64,000 nucleotides of DNA from Eledone cirrhosa (taxonomy: Eukaryota): contig OZ024745.1 in assembly GCA_964016885.1 (NCBI GenBank), forward strand, positions 98,890,001 through 98,954,000, read 5' to 3'. This document shows, in pieces, positions 26,271 to 39,277 of this stretch; positions within the stretch are counted from its first letter, which is position 1; the number at the start of each line of letters is the position of its first letter. The position numbers were made by a program, and so were the translations under genes. A model generated the notes under the pieces. It was not told the DNA's origin. It did no database searches and worked only from the letters and a program-made list of their open reading frames with translations.

Positions 26271-26760
26271 CCATATCTATGAATGAAAAAAGATAAAGAA
26301 TCCAATGCAACTTAAGAGGAACTGATGAAATACTGTTTGTTGGAATGGTTCAGCTCAAGTGAGTGGAGAAATTACTATGTATAAAAGCTATTGATAGATA
26401 TTGGTATAGATATTTAATTGATTGGATGGTAATTAAGTGTTCCCTGGCTTAGTGTTGGAAAGTATCTGTGGTAGAGGCAGACTAAGGAATGAATGGCACA
26501 GACATGAAAATTGGACTTTACAAACAAATAAAAGAACTTGTATAGAGAGAGGCCATATTGCAGATTCACCAAGCTCTGCCAGCATAAAGAAAAAATATTG
26601 ATGTTAAAATAAATGATGGTGATAGGGTGATGGCACCAATTTCTAAGGTAATTTTACATTTAAATTTTGATAAAAATTAAAACATCCCATGGGAAACAAT
26701 AACAAAATCAATCCTTTTTTTAAAAAGTAAACTAGAAGAAGAACAACAACAAAACAAAGA

Positions 26761-27210
26761 AATGATGTGAAGACAGAGAATGTGATGTAGATGAAAATGG
26801 TGAGATGATGTGAAGACAGAGAGAATATGATGTAGATGAAAATGGTGAGATGATGTGAAGACAGAGAGAATGTGATGTAGATGAAAATGGTGAGATGATG
26901 TGAAGACAGAGAGAATGTGATGTAGATGAAAATGGTGAGATGATGTGAAGACAGAGAGAATATGATGTAGATGAAAATGGTGAGATGATGTGAAGACAGA
27001 GAATGTGATGTAGATGAAAATGGTGAGATGATGTGAAGATAGAGAATGTGATGTAGATGAAAATGGTGAGATGATGTGAAGACAGAGAGAATATGATGTA
27101 GATGAAAATGGTGAGATGATGTGAAGACAGAGAGAATGTGATGTAGATGAAAATGTTGAAATGATGTGAAGACAGAGAGAATATGATGTAGATGGAACTG
27201 TTGAAATGTG
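26761..27210. repeat. Minisatellite, 10 x 43/45 bp
   Basis: gatgtgaagacaga(ga)gaatRtgatgtagatgaaaatggtgagat. Confidence 0.95.
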
Positions 27211-28327
27211 AACATATAATGGCTGAAAACAGTAAAGGACGATATTACAGAATAAACAAAAAGTAAACAACTTCATAAAAATTATAATGAATTACAGATG
27301 TCCTAATCAATGTTTCAATATATATTTTACTCCAAGTGCCTCATAATTAAAGCAGCATTTCAATGGGACACTGGGTATTGTTAACAAAAAATGAATAAAA
27401 CAAGGTGGAAGATATTTATATTCTTAAAAAGGGAATGAATGAAGTAGACTGCATGTCAAATCACATAGCACATTTAAACAGAACACACAGAAAATGTATA
27501 TCATAAAACAATTAGGATATCTCAATGTTTGGAAGAAAAACAAATCAATGTTTACTGAACATACAACACAAAACCTAGAGATTACAAGAAATCCACCTCT
27601 ATCATGATGTTAACAGTCCTCTCTCTCCCAACAAGAGGACTATATGAAATTAACTCAGAATTAGATTTAGAATAGAATGATAATTGAAATAGAGTAGTTT
27701 ATGAATTTATATCAGTTTACCTTGGTCTCAAATGATGGAGTGATATAGGCATTAAAGGGGGGCAAATAAAACTTATGTCATTAAGACAGAAGGATTTTAG
27801 TGAGGAAGTGAATTGAGTTTAAGTGAGAGTATGACATTGGATGAGAGAAAATAGGTGGATGGGTTTAAGAAAAATAGAGTAAAAATTTCAGGGAGTGAGA
27901 GAGATGGAAAGAAAGAATGTCTAAGAAAAGAAGCATTTAAGGCAGAGGTAAGGTTTGAGTGATGTATTTTTATAGAAGTAAATAGTTTGGGTTTGTAAAA
28001 ATAAAAGGCAGACCATTTAATGGGGTATTTAGATTGTTAGAAAAAGAGTTTAAGTAAATGAAAAATAGAATTTGAGTGAGAATCTTTGTGATAGTAAGAA
28101 GTGCAGGGAGAATGTTTAGAAGGGATTATTTAAGGATTCCTATATTTTTCAAAGACCTAATAGCTATGAGGTTCCTATGTGTCTGTGATGACTAAAATCT
28201 TCTGTTGATTCATAGAAGTTAGGAATATATACATTGTAGTTGTCAGTTGCAGTAACACCAAAAATATTATATATATATATATACATGTAGCAGCATCAGC
28301 AGCATATCTCTCAGTAGATGTACTTAC

Positions 28328-28570
28328 AATGGCGAGTATTCTGCATAACATCAGCAAGGGCGTGTCGTGCTGTATTACCAGGGATACTGATGTTAGCATA
28401 AGCAACACTGTATGGCCGATCAGTTCCTTTGTGAACTGGGGAAGCACCAGCATCAGTATACGAAGAGGAACTGGTACCACTATCTCTTCCTCTGTTACCA
28501 CGAGCAAAGTCATTTTGGGAATTCTCTTCATCAAACACACTGTCATCATCATCATCAGTAGATGAATCAA
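28328..28570 (-). CDS. DIP2: DIP2 coding exon, (V/I)DSSTDDDDDSVFDEENSQ...HALADVMQNTRH
   Basis: Acidic/Ser-rich segment expected after the PSKR motif. Acceptor ttgttttattgtag|, donor T|gtaagt. 243 nt, phase 1-1, in frame with both neighbours. Confidence 0.85.
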
Positions 28571-30265
28571 CTACAATAAAACAAATTTCAAACATTGTAA
28601 AAAAAAAAAAAATGGGGAAAAAAAAAAGAAACAAAAATGTCAACATGTTCTTTTTGATGTTTTTAAAATTAATTCAGTTGAGCAATTTGTTTCATGCAAA
28701 TTCTATCTTCCTTTATTTCTTGCCTTCTGTACAGTAAGTATCCAATGTTTTCTCAAAGCAACTTAGCATCTTTTGACGATTTAGTTTTAGAGTAAATAAA
28801 TTCAATATGGAATTTATATTCAAGTCAAAATACACATTCAGAAGTTATATTTCTTGAGTATTCCATTATATGAGGAAAAATGAATTTTTTTTTTTCCCTT
28901 TAAATTTGACTTTAGTTTGAGTTCATATTTTATTTCCAAGATTTCAGTTGATTTTACAGTAATTCATGTTAAATGATGTCTTTAGCCTTTCAAGATGTAT
29001 AATAACCAACACAAATGTCTTGATGATGACAATTAGAATTCAGATTTATAAAGAAGCAGTAATATCAGATAAAAATGCCATTTCATTGTTCTTAATTCTT
29101 CCAGATATATAAAAACTAGTTCATTAAAAGTGAGTCAGAACATCTTAATCTTCATAAGTATTGAATAGCTGATCACCACAATGCTGTCCTTTATTTCTTA
29201 TACAGAAATATGTAGCTGCAGTACTTTAGCCAGTACAAATCTTATTTATTATATGCATGTTTATAAGGTTCTGTAGGTACTTCTTTGCTTCAGATCAAAC
29301 ATTTTGCTACTATTGAGTCATTGAAGATAAGATTCACTGTATATAGAGTGTTGAAGATAATTCAGAGAGATTTGTAGACATATAAAGGGCAGCTAAAACT
29401 ATTCTCTTATTATTATTTTGTACTGACCAACTGAGTGAGTTTCTATAGATATATATCAATATCTTAAATTCCTGTTTTGCTTAGGATAAGAGAAAAAAAT
29501 AGTGTTACTGATGCCTGGATCACATGGAAATATATCTATTTTTGATATCCATATTAAAGGACATGTTAAGTAAATAAGGCTTAAAGGATTTACAGAAATG
29601 CGGTTAACCAGTAAGTTAAAAGATAGATGTAAAACAGAATGCAATGAAATAAAAGGAAATGTTAAGAAAATATTGAGAAGAAAATAAAGTAAACAATGTT
29701 GTTTAAATAACAAAACAAATGAATAACTAAAACCAAAAACAAAATCAGAACTTTGAAGAGTTTCACAACTGGTTGTTTACAAACCTTCAAGCAGTATCTC
29801 TTAAATAGATGGTAATTAACAAGATGATTAATTAACATTATGGTTAATTGCATGAATATTAAAGAAAGTTATAGTTTAAAAAAATTAAAGATAAACATCT
29901 AACTAGTTGAATCCATACAAAATATACAATGTTACAAAACAAACTCAAGTATAATTTAAGTTAGTAATAATAATAATAATAATGTTAATAATAACAATAA
30001 TGCATACACACACAGATATACATATGCCATTGTTGTTAGACCTGTGTTAGTTTCTGACGACGAGTGTTTCAGTTGTTTGAACAACAGAACAGCTTGCCTG
30101 TAAACTTTTAAAATTAACTTAAAAGTGGCTGAGCATTCCACAGATGCTTATATATATATATATATCTAAGGAGTGTAACGTGCTGTTACTGTAGGTTCAC
30201 CCAAGTGAGCACTCGATGCGTAGTTTCCCATCTGTAATGAGGTGTAGAACTAAACAGAGTGTAAA

Positions 30266-30499
30266 TATAATAGTAAAAGAACGAATTATTATGCCTTCAT
30301 TACATTTATTGAGTAGTGACACATGTTTCGCTATTGATCAGCTCAAGGTTCGATCTGTATCAATCTGGCTCGACTCTGGAATCAAAAACTCGTCAGGCCA
30401 GGTCGATACAGATCAAACCTTGAGCTGATCAAAAGCGTAGAGTGTGTCACTACTCAATAAACATAATGAAGGCATAACAATTCATCATTTACTATTATA
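30266..30499. mobile_element. Foldback/palindromic MITE with ~105 bp arms
   Basis: tataatagtaaa..ttatgccttcatta..tttattgagtagtgacaca..ttgatcagctcaaggtt.gatctgtatc..ctggc and its reverse complement, separated by a short centre. TA ends. Confidence 0.88.
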
Positions 30500-30945
30500 A
30501 ATATATACACCAATGGATGTTAAATGATGATGATATATATAATCAATCAGGTACAATGCTAAAGTTTGTAAGGTAGGCTCATAATCTATTGACTCCAAAG
30601 GAATGAAAGACAAAGATAGCACTGGTAAGAATTTCACACAATGATAGAGTACAAGATATTTAATCTAGTACACCACTATTTCTAACTTATTACCTTTTGG
30701 ATAAGTTAAAATATATTTTAATTTCAATGTCCTATATAGCATGAAACCTCATTAACAAGACATTCTTGAAAAGTATAAAATAGTACTATGATCACATCAC
30801 ATTCTAAATTGAAGTCTTGACTTTGCTTTACTGCAAAGTTTCACAACAATCTGTCCATTTGTAATAATACTATCAACATATAAATTAACAAGCCTGGTTT
30901 TAGATATTTTCTGCTAAAATCATTGCAAGATGTTAAACAGATTAA

Positions 30946-31396
30946 CCCTTTTGTCACCATATTTCTAATGAAAAACACTGCATACGATTTTCAGATAATT
31001 TTGAATATAATCAAGAATTTGAAGAGATTTAGTGATAAAGTTAACGTTTTCATTATTAATCTGGTGTTTCAAGCATAATTGAATAAATGTTCTTATATAA
31101 AATTATGATGAAAAGTTTTTTGATAAATCTAAACACTTTAACCCTTTAGCATTTACATTACTCTATATTTACTATTATATTTTCATGGTAAAGGCTTTAC
31201 CTCACAGAATATTGAATCTAAGAGATTTTGATGTTATTTATTTCAAGAACAATACCTTAACATCAGTATGAATGGCCAGTTACAGCCGGTTTGAACAGAA
31301 AGAGGTGAGAGAACTTTGGGCAGATATGATTGGTTTAAATGCTAAAGGGTTAAAAAAAGTAGTTGAGTCATTTCTGGCAGTGTGGTATCAAAAGGG
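30946..31396 (+). mobile_element. piggyBac-type MITE family B carrying a nested family A MITE
   Basis: TTAA|CCCTTTTGTCACCA ... TGGTATCAAAAGGG|TTAA. Confidence 0.85.
31142..31349 (+). mobile_element. piggyBac-type MITE family A (nested)
   Basis: TTAA|CCCTTTAGCATTTA ... TAAATGCTAAAGGG|TTAA. Confidence 0.9.
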
Positions 31397-32869
31397 TTAA
31401 TGCAATATTTTCATCAAAGGTAAATTCCCACTCATTAACATTGAGTGTACAGACATGCAGTATTTGACAGATCATTCATCACAATGTATGGGGACAGTGA
31501 ATATATTGGGAAAAATCAAAGATGAAGTAGAGTATCAATGGACAGATATCTATTAATTTTCACTAAAGATGTCTTTATTGAAACACTATTTCATAATAAA
31601 GTAACTGATGTGGTCAACTACTGGGTGTGTAAGGTGATTTCCAAATGGAGGCATGCATTACAAAATTATCTTATAAAACAAAAACATAATTTAAATAAGA
31701 GCAAGTGGTATATATAAAAGTCACCTAGCACAGGAAGCAAACTATAAACTGCTAACTTAGTATGTGTGTATTATTTAAAAAAATAAAAAATATTGTTTTT
31801 GCCACTGTTGTTGTTATTGTCATCAACATCATCATACCATTTGTTATATTTTGAAATGTATTAATCAAAGTAGTAGAATTCAAAGGTTATGTTATGTTTA
31901 CTATGACGAGACTGATCAACGAATGGTCAGCTAGGTTGGTGAGCAGAAACTGAATGAGTTGAAAATCATAAAAAGTTAGAAAACACTGGTGACAAAACAT
32001 TTACCCAAAATTCCAGTTGAATATACTGAGTGATGCAAGTAATATAAGACTGTCTTACAGAAGACATAAATATTTAAGTATGAAAGCTATATAAGTTGTT
32101 TATAGAAAAGGCAGAAAATCATTGAATGATCTTTTGAGAATGTATGCATTTAATGAGGAAGCAGGTAAAAGAACAAAGAAAATTTTAGACTGCTTTTTCA
32201 TCAGAAGTGACTTTTAGAAATGGAAGTTATGAAACTGATACTTACAGCACAACTTAAACTTAGAATTGTAAGTCATGTAAATTGTGTCTAGTATCTACAT
32301 CATCCTGATTTAGAAAGAACAACAGGTGAAAATATGTTGCATTCAGTATTTTGCTTATCTTTTACTCCCACAGAGAAGAAAACAGATAGAAAATGGATTT
32401 TGGATAATAGTTGATATGAAAAAATGACATTCAGTATAACTAATACAATATTCTGTTGTTCCAAGACTAACTATGACAGGGGTGGATTATTTAAAAAAAA
32501 AAATATCTGAAAGAACAGAGACAATAGAGCCAAGAGGACTCTTTAGCAATAGACAGGCCAATCCTCACTCATGTTTGTACCATGATAAAATGCACCCAGT
32601 ATAGTGGTTGATGATTGATCAGAGGGATTAAAGGCTAGAGAGGACCCTTCAGTCATGTCCAGGAGTTGACAACTTCTTTAGTGTTGGTATCATGATAAAA
32701 GTACCCAGTATACTGTAAATGGTTGGTGTTAGGAAGGGCATCCAGTAATAGGCCGTAAAATAGAATGTACAAGTGAGACATACTTCCCAGTTCATTTAGG
32801 GAGGCAATAACTTTGAATAAGAACTGACCTGATCTGTTATGACATATCCAATCCATGCCAGCAAGGAAA

Positions 32870-33590
32870 TCAGGTATCAAAAATACTGTTTCTCTCTTGC
32901 AGACTACCTGATAACAAATGACAGCAAATGCTCATATCATGGCTGGTGACTTTAATGTACATGATGACTACCTCAGTATACATGACAGTGACTTTAATGG
33001 ACACAATAGCTATAATATATATGGAGGTAACTTTAATGGACATGATGGGCAACACCATAATGGCTTTATCAGTATACATAGATGTGCTCAGCTGCAACTT
33101 TAATGGACATGATGGATGACGCTATGATGGCTACATCAGTATACAGATATGGAAATAGGAAGGATAAAAGCTTTTGGAGTTCTGTGATGCAACACTCACT
33201 TCATAAAACTGGTGGTCAATCAGCTGTAAATCAGATGAACGCCCAAGCCAAGGAGACTTTATACTGGTCAAGAAACAGGGTAGACAGGCAGTTGTAAAAT
33301 ACTAAGTCTTTCCCTGGTGAAGACTGCACTACTCAACATAGACTAGAGATTAGAGTTAGATACACTTAGGGACAAAAGACAATTTGGAGAAGGACTGTAT
33401 GGAAGCTAAACATAAGTTCAAAGAAGTCCCAGGTGTTGTGTTTTTCAAGAAGCTGGACGAGATGGAAACCTACAAGACAACCTCCTGTGGTTGGAAGCAA
33501 AGTACTAGTCATACTGAAGGTGATATGCTGATAAAATCACAGTAGATTGTTATCAATAGAGCCAAGAGACAGGTTTAGAAAGATTGGAGA
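32870..33590 (+). pseudogene. Degraded RTE LINE AP-endonuclease region
   Basis: Remnant peptides IMAGDFNVH, (G)DFNGH (repeated), YGNR, LLEFCDA and NTKSFPGEDC..QHRL. Confidence 0.7.
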
Positions 33591-34171
33591 AGGACATGTG
33601 CACTCCCTCCATACCCTCACATACATGTATGAATAGGCAAAAGAAGGGGAAAGAAAGGAAACAGTTACAATAATAAGTATGTAGAATATTATTAATTGGA
33701 TGGAGGAACTAAGTTTAATAAAGCCATGGAATAATTCAGTAAAGTATTGTAATGATTCAACTATTGGACATTAGTAGAGCAGTATCAATCAGTCTGGCCA
33801 TAAAACTATTAATACTAGCAGTGCAGTCTAAATGGAGGTAGTCAATAGCTTTGAAGTGGAAATCAATTTTGTTCAATGGAATATGTTGTATGTATGTGTT
33901 GAGTTAAGTATATGAGAGAACTGAAGGAGGAGCATACATGATGTTTTTGCTTTGATTTTTGACTAATTTTGTTAGACAAATAAAAAAAAGTGTTATCCCA
34001 AGTGTGTTTCCTACAGTATGTTGAGGATAAGATATCCAATGGGGCAGATAGAAAAATGTCCACTGGCAGTATCGATAGAGGGTTGGACACCATGATTTGC
34101 AACATAGAGTTACGCCCCTTTACAGTCTGAGTTGAAATTTCTCTGAGGTTAACTTTGTCTTTCATCCTTAT

Positions 34172-35251
34172 CCCTTTAGTGTTCAAACCGCCCGAAATTA
34201 TTTCCCCTTCATTTGTTCAAACCGCCCGAAATCGTCCGATAACACCCACACTAAAAAATCCTTCTAAAAATAAACAAACCATCATCAAAATCTCGTCAAT
34301 TCGAGATTACTGCGAGATTAGGCTCTTATCGTGAAAATTAACACTTAATATAGTGAAACAACTTAAAACAACAAGTGTTTTTTTAACTTTGAAAGTACAA
34401 CAAATTTTTTTTCTGTATCAACATGGCTTATGAAAGTAGCGATACCAACTTTGAAGGTTTTTACACACGACGACATTCAGAATAAACAAGAAACAAACGA
34501 TAATATTAGTGATTTATCTTCAAATGAATCTGATGTTTATATTTCTGAAATTTCGTCCGACAATGATTGTTTTGAAAGTGAGAACGAAGGAGATCTCCAG
34601 GATGCCATTGAAAATATTACAGCAACGTGGTTGAAAAATACCACACTAATATATGTTCCCGATTTTATTCAAAATACTGATCCACAACACACATTAGCTC
34701 CCGATGCTAAAGCACTGGATTATTTCTTTTTGTTTTTACCACAAACTTTATTCGAAGTTGTGGCAGAAGAGATTAATCGATATGCTCAACAACAGATTTC
34801 AAAGCGAGGAAAACCCGATCTGTTTGGCGACCGACAGATGCTGCGGAAATGCAAGCATTTTTTATCGTAAATATTATATTCGGTATAAAACAATTTCCAA
34901 GACTGTGGAATTACTGGAACATTGTTATAAGGTTTAGTGATCCTTATATATCAAGTATTATGCCGAAAATAATGTATTTAAAATTAAATCAGTATTTGCA
35001 CCTGGTTGATACTTCAAATGCCCCTTTCACCTGCCCATAAAAGTCAAATTTGACCAAAAAAAATCAGATAAAATTATATAAATTGTAAATTATTGATATT
35101 TAAACAGTTACTGACAAAATTTCAAGCCTGCACATAGAAAATTAAGAAAATTACAAACAAATAAAATTGATAACCCTCTTGGGTATGATTAACTCAAAAT
35201 AATGCGAACAGATAAGCATGCCGTTTGAAAATTAATGCGAATGCTAAAGGG
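34172..35251 (+). mobile_element. Internally deleted piggyBac transposon with PGBD4-like transposase N-terminus, inserted in a Nin/Deu SINE (34062-34171 and 35252-35320)
   Basis: Left end CCCTTTAGTGTTCAAACC with a repeated tgttcaaaccgcccgaaat, right end AATGCTAAAGGG. ORF remnants include an acidic N-terminus, ALDYFFLFLPQTLFEVVAEEINRYA, EMQAFF, LWNYW and YLKLNQYLHLVD. Confidence 0.87.
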
Positions 35252-35518
35252 GTCGATAAAGTAAAGTACCAGTAATGCACTGATATAATTGTTGGCCTTG
35301 TGCCAAAAGTAGAAAATTGAGTGCCATGTAATATTATGTCAGAAAGCTTTCCTTTTGGGAACAGTGTGAAAGTTATGGAGACAAATTTAGTGATACCTAA
35401 GACAACTAAGTGGATATAATCCATTATCACACAATATCCAGATTTTCAACACCTTATCTAACAAAACAATCCTATAATAATAGTAAGTATTATTATTATA
35501 TATTGAGAGGAACATATA

Positions 35519-35682
35519 ATGGAAATAGAGTGTCCAGTAGAGCTGTTGCAAAAGGTTTGCCTCCTTGGTACTGCCAGAATTATCAGGAAAGCTGAAGAAT
35601 ACAAATAGCATGGTACCGTAAGCTGCAGGTGGTAAGCCCACTACACATGCAAGAAAACCTGAGATAAAATAATAATAATAAT
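35519..35682 (+). mobile_element. 3' end of an R4/Dong-like LINE
   Basis: EIECPVELLQKVCLLGTARIIRK..stop, a short UTR and a (TAA)n tail. Confidence 0.7.
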
Positions 35683-37994
35683 ATTAAATAAATAAATAAA
35701 TAAATAGAAAAGTTAAATATGAACTAGTGAGAAAGAAATAAAAGGAAATCATTGAACTTTATATATATTTATACAGCATTTCATTGTGTAGAACTAAATC
35801 AAATTTTATGGCTAAGAAGATTATTATACCTCTTTCTCCACTATTTTAAATTTAGAAACTGGAGAGCAGTGAAGAAATCAGAGCCTAGGTAAATTAGTAA
35901 ATATAGGTCGACTGTATTTATGATACCAAAAAAAAAAAAGTTTTCAGCAGCTGAAAGAAGTATTTTCTAACTGAAGGATTTTATTACTGTTAACAACTCT
36001 ATCATCAATTGTAAAATTGAAGTGAAAAATCAATCATGGAAATAAGAGAAAATAACAGCAAATATAGTAAAAGCCTTATATTTATGTTATATATATGAGG
36101 GGGTAGAGATCAACATGTTACAATTTTTGCATTCATTTAGCAAAACATAGGTAAGGGGCTCAGACCTATTCATTTCACACAAAAACCAATACAGTGGGAG
36201 TCAGATTAAGAATCCATTTAGCTATGGCACTAATTGAAAATGGCATCAACTTTAAAGTATTGTTTTATGTTGTTGGTAAACCCCACCTCCATATTGTTCC
36301 CCTGCTAACTTCCCCCTTCAGTAACTTAAGTATTCACACTCATATTTTTAATGAATGACACTGCCCATGATTTTCAAATCATTTGGAAAATAATCAAGAA
36401 TTTTAAGAGATGTAAAATATAACCAATTTTTACATTATTACGTTGTTGGCTTGAAACATGTTCTTACATAGCAAATATTTTTACATAAAATTATGACAGA
36501 AGGCTGTTAGATAAATATAAGAACTTCAAAATAAATGGCTTAGTATCATAACACCAGGGACATTCTTAAGTTGTTTAGTATCAAAAGAGTTAAAATAGCT
36601 GTAAAAATTCTGGCTTTAAAACTTAATACAATCGTAATATATATTATAATAAAGACTAAGGTGAGAATTTAACAAGTTAGCTTATAGTTTGTTAAACATC
36701 AATTGATGCAAATGTTTACTGATATCACTTAACTGACTAGAGAGAGAGACAGAAAAAAAAAATGATATATACTAACATAGTTGTTGCCGTAAACAGTGTG
36801 ATGTCAATGACAGAAAGTAAATAAAAACTGAAGAAATCCCCCTCCCAATCATCTATAGATTTCTTATAGTACTAATAGGTACATTGTAGTGCATTTAGTA
36901 ACTTTGATGTAAAACAAGTGACAAATTTGGTGACAAACAGCAGGCAACAAAAACCACAACACACACACATATATATACCCCCCCCCCCCTCCCCAATATA
37001 TAGAAAGACGCATAATATATATGTATAAAGATATGAGGAGGAAGTGAGAAGCACACAGGTTAGTAACAGGCAATCAATAAACTGAACAATGGAAGAAATG
37101 TTTGCTGCTATTTGATCTCTGTGGGAAATGTCTGGATGAGAAGACAGTGAAATGTAAGCTAATGGAGAGAAAAGAAAATATCTAACATTAAATGGAAAAT
37201 TTTGAAGGGGAAAAGTAAATTTAAAACAAATGGATTTTTTTCTTATATTTAGCATTGTAAAGTAAAAGAAGTAAAATTGTTTAACAATGGAAATAATTAA
37301 CCCTGCATTTTTAATTATATGACGTGTGTGTGTATCATCATCATTTAACATCCATTTTTCCAGCTAGAAAAAGTTGGATGTATTGTCATAGACCAAATCA
37401 GGACCTAAAGCAGGGGGCCGGCATCTCATATATGTTCCCTGCACTCTACAGAATGCACTAGTGCATTCAATCATAGACCCAACACTAGGGAGGTTGTTAT
37501 ATCTTTGACACAACTGAAGAGTCCTCTTGGCCCTATTTTTGACAAGTTTTCCATGGCATATTGCCATAGTAAATCCATCCAAAGTCTTCATTAATTAATT
37601 TAAAGGTAGTGTATTTTATTAGAAATAAGGTTACAAAAAGGAATAGAAATTCTCTTTAAAAGGAGCAAGAATGCTAAACAGAGTTATTTGTTATAAACTT
37701 GTTTAAAATATCAATATATGCTGACATGTGCATTATGAAAATATTCCTTATTGAATTTCAGAGTGGTATTTCAATATATTTCAGAATGGAATTTCACTAT
37801 AATATTTTCAACAATAACAACCTGTCCAACCCATGCCAGCATGGAAGGCAGACATAGAATGCTGATGAAGATCTACAGTATGAGGGTATCATGTTAGAAA
37901 TTACAATTGCCATCCTTTTCCTTTAACCTCACCACCAGGAACATTGTTATTACCTCACTGTATTGGAGTTTCTTACATTGCTACCTATTACTTT

Positions 37995-38210
37995 ACTCCT
38001 CATATATCAAGGTATGTGACTCTAGCAGTGGTGACAGAGACCCAGACAAGATGACCTCTCATACTCAAGGTATGAGACTGTAGTAGTGGTGATAGAGAAC
38101 TAGACAAGATGCTACACAGTATTTACTTCAATCTTATGTTGCTAGATATTACGTCACCTCTCATATCTCAAGGTATTGGAGAGATTCTAGTAGTGACAAA
38201 AGAGAACCAC
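37995..38210. repeat. Diverged short repeats, 3 copies
   Basis: ctcata..tcaaggtatg.gact.tag.agtggtga.agaga recurs. Confidence 0.65.
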
Positions 38211-38434
38211 ATTACTGAGTTTATATCCCTCAAGTCTCAATAAAAATGAGAATATATAAGATACTAGAGTTGAATGATTCCATTACACTTATTCTCCCTT
38301 GAATAATTGTCTAAACCTCCAACTGAGGCAACTAACTCAATTTATCTAATAAATGACTTTAAAAATCACAAGAGATGGTAATGTTCAAAAGGGTATAACA
38401 TCTTCCTAAAAAAACTCTGTGCCTCATCAAGTAA

Positions 38435-38620
38435 CCTCATTCTTAAAAGCTACTCCCACTAATGAATAATAAAATGTAATTAATACTGTTATTCCTAAAA
38501 GCTACTCCTATCAATATTTAAATGTTAAAACAGAGTCACTACCCTCATTCCTAAAAACTACTCCCACCAATATCTAGGTGTTAAAACAGAATCAGTACCA
38601 TCATTCCTAAAAGCTACTTC
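38435..38620. repeat. Diverged ~55-bp tandem repeat, 4 copies
   Basis: cattcctaaaagctactcc recurs at ~38438, 38491, 38546 and 38602. Confidence 0.7.
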
Positions 38621-38940
38621 ATACCTGAAAATAGGAAGTAGTCTTAAGGAGTTTATTTGGAGTAATTTATATAAATTCACTGTAACAGATGTCTAACTTT
38701 GAATGAAAGAAACTTTACCAAAGGGTTTATCTAAATACTTTATTTTTGGAATCTAAGAAGAATTCATGAAATGCAATTGTAATGTTTTCTGAAGGTTTTA
38801 TGTGTGACAAAACGTTTGGTCACTTTGAATTAGTCATTATAATTGACTTGTCATAACTATGAAATTCACACACGCTACGTGGGTGATATAATAGCAGATA
38901 TCATATCTCTGAGTTTTTCTAGTGAGAATAAAATACCAAG

Positions 38941-39277
38941 TCATCATCATCATCATCATTTTACGTCCGCTTTTCTCTGCTTGCAAGGGTGGGACGGGAA
39001 CTGATTCTGGCTTGATTTCTACAGCTGGATGCCCTTCCTAACGCCAACCTCATTTACATTGAGTGCTGGGTGCTTTTTTTGCCGTGGCACCTCCACGACC
39101 ACTTTGCAGTGGAATGATAGGGACCCCAGTCCCTATTATCTCATTTCTACAGCTGAGTAAACTGGAGCAATGTGAAATAAAGTGTCTTGCTCAAGGAAAC
39201 AACACATCACCTGGTCTGAGAATTGAACTCACAACCTTTCGATTGCAAGGCCAATGCTCTAACCACTAAGCCATGTG
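38941..39277 (-). mobile_element. tRNA-headed SINE with RTE-derived tail
   Basis: A-box TGGCTTAGTGG, B-box GAGTTCAATTC, CORE-like CCTTGAGCAAGACACTT, tail shared with the RTE 3' UTR, and (GAT)n. Confidence 0.9.

Noticed and set aside
26643-27276. His/Ser-rich ORFs
   Set aside because: Reading frames through the 45-bp minisatellite.
30045-30225. Hammerhead ribozyme (CTGACGA..GAGTG...CACTC-GA)
   Set aside because: The GAAA core is absent and the parts are ~150 nt apart. At best it is a decayed remnant.
39063-39269. Recurring small ORFs (GAFFAVAPPRPLCSG) at several loci suggesting a peptide family
   Set aside because: Antisense translations of the SINE/LINE tail.
39200-39277. tRNA gene (A and B boxes, GCA anticodon-like loop)
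   Set aside because: The anticodon stem does not pair, and it is the head of a SINE repeated three times.
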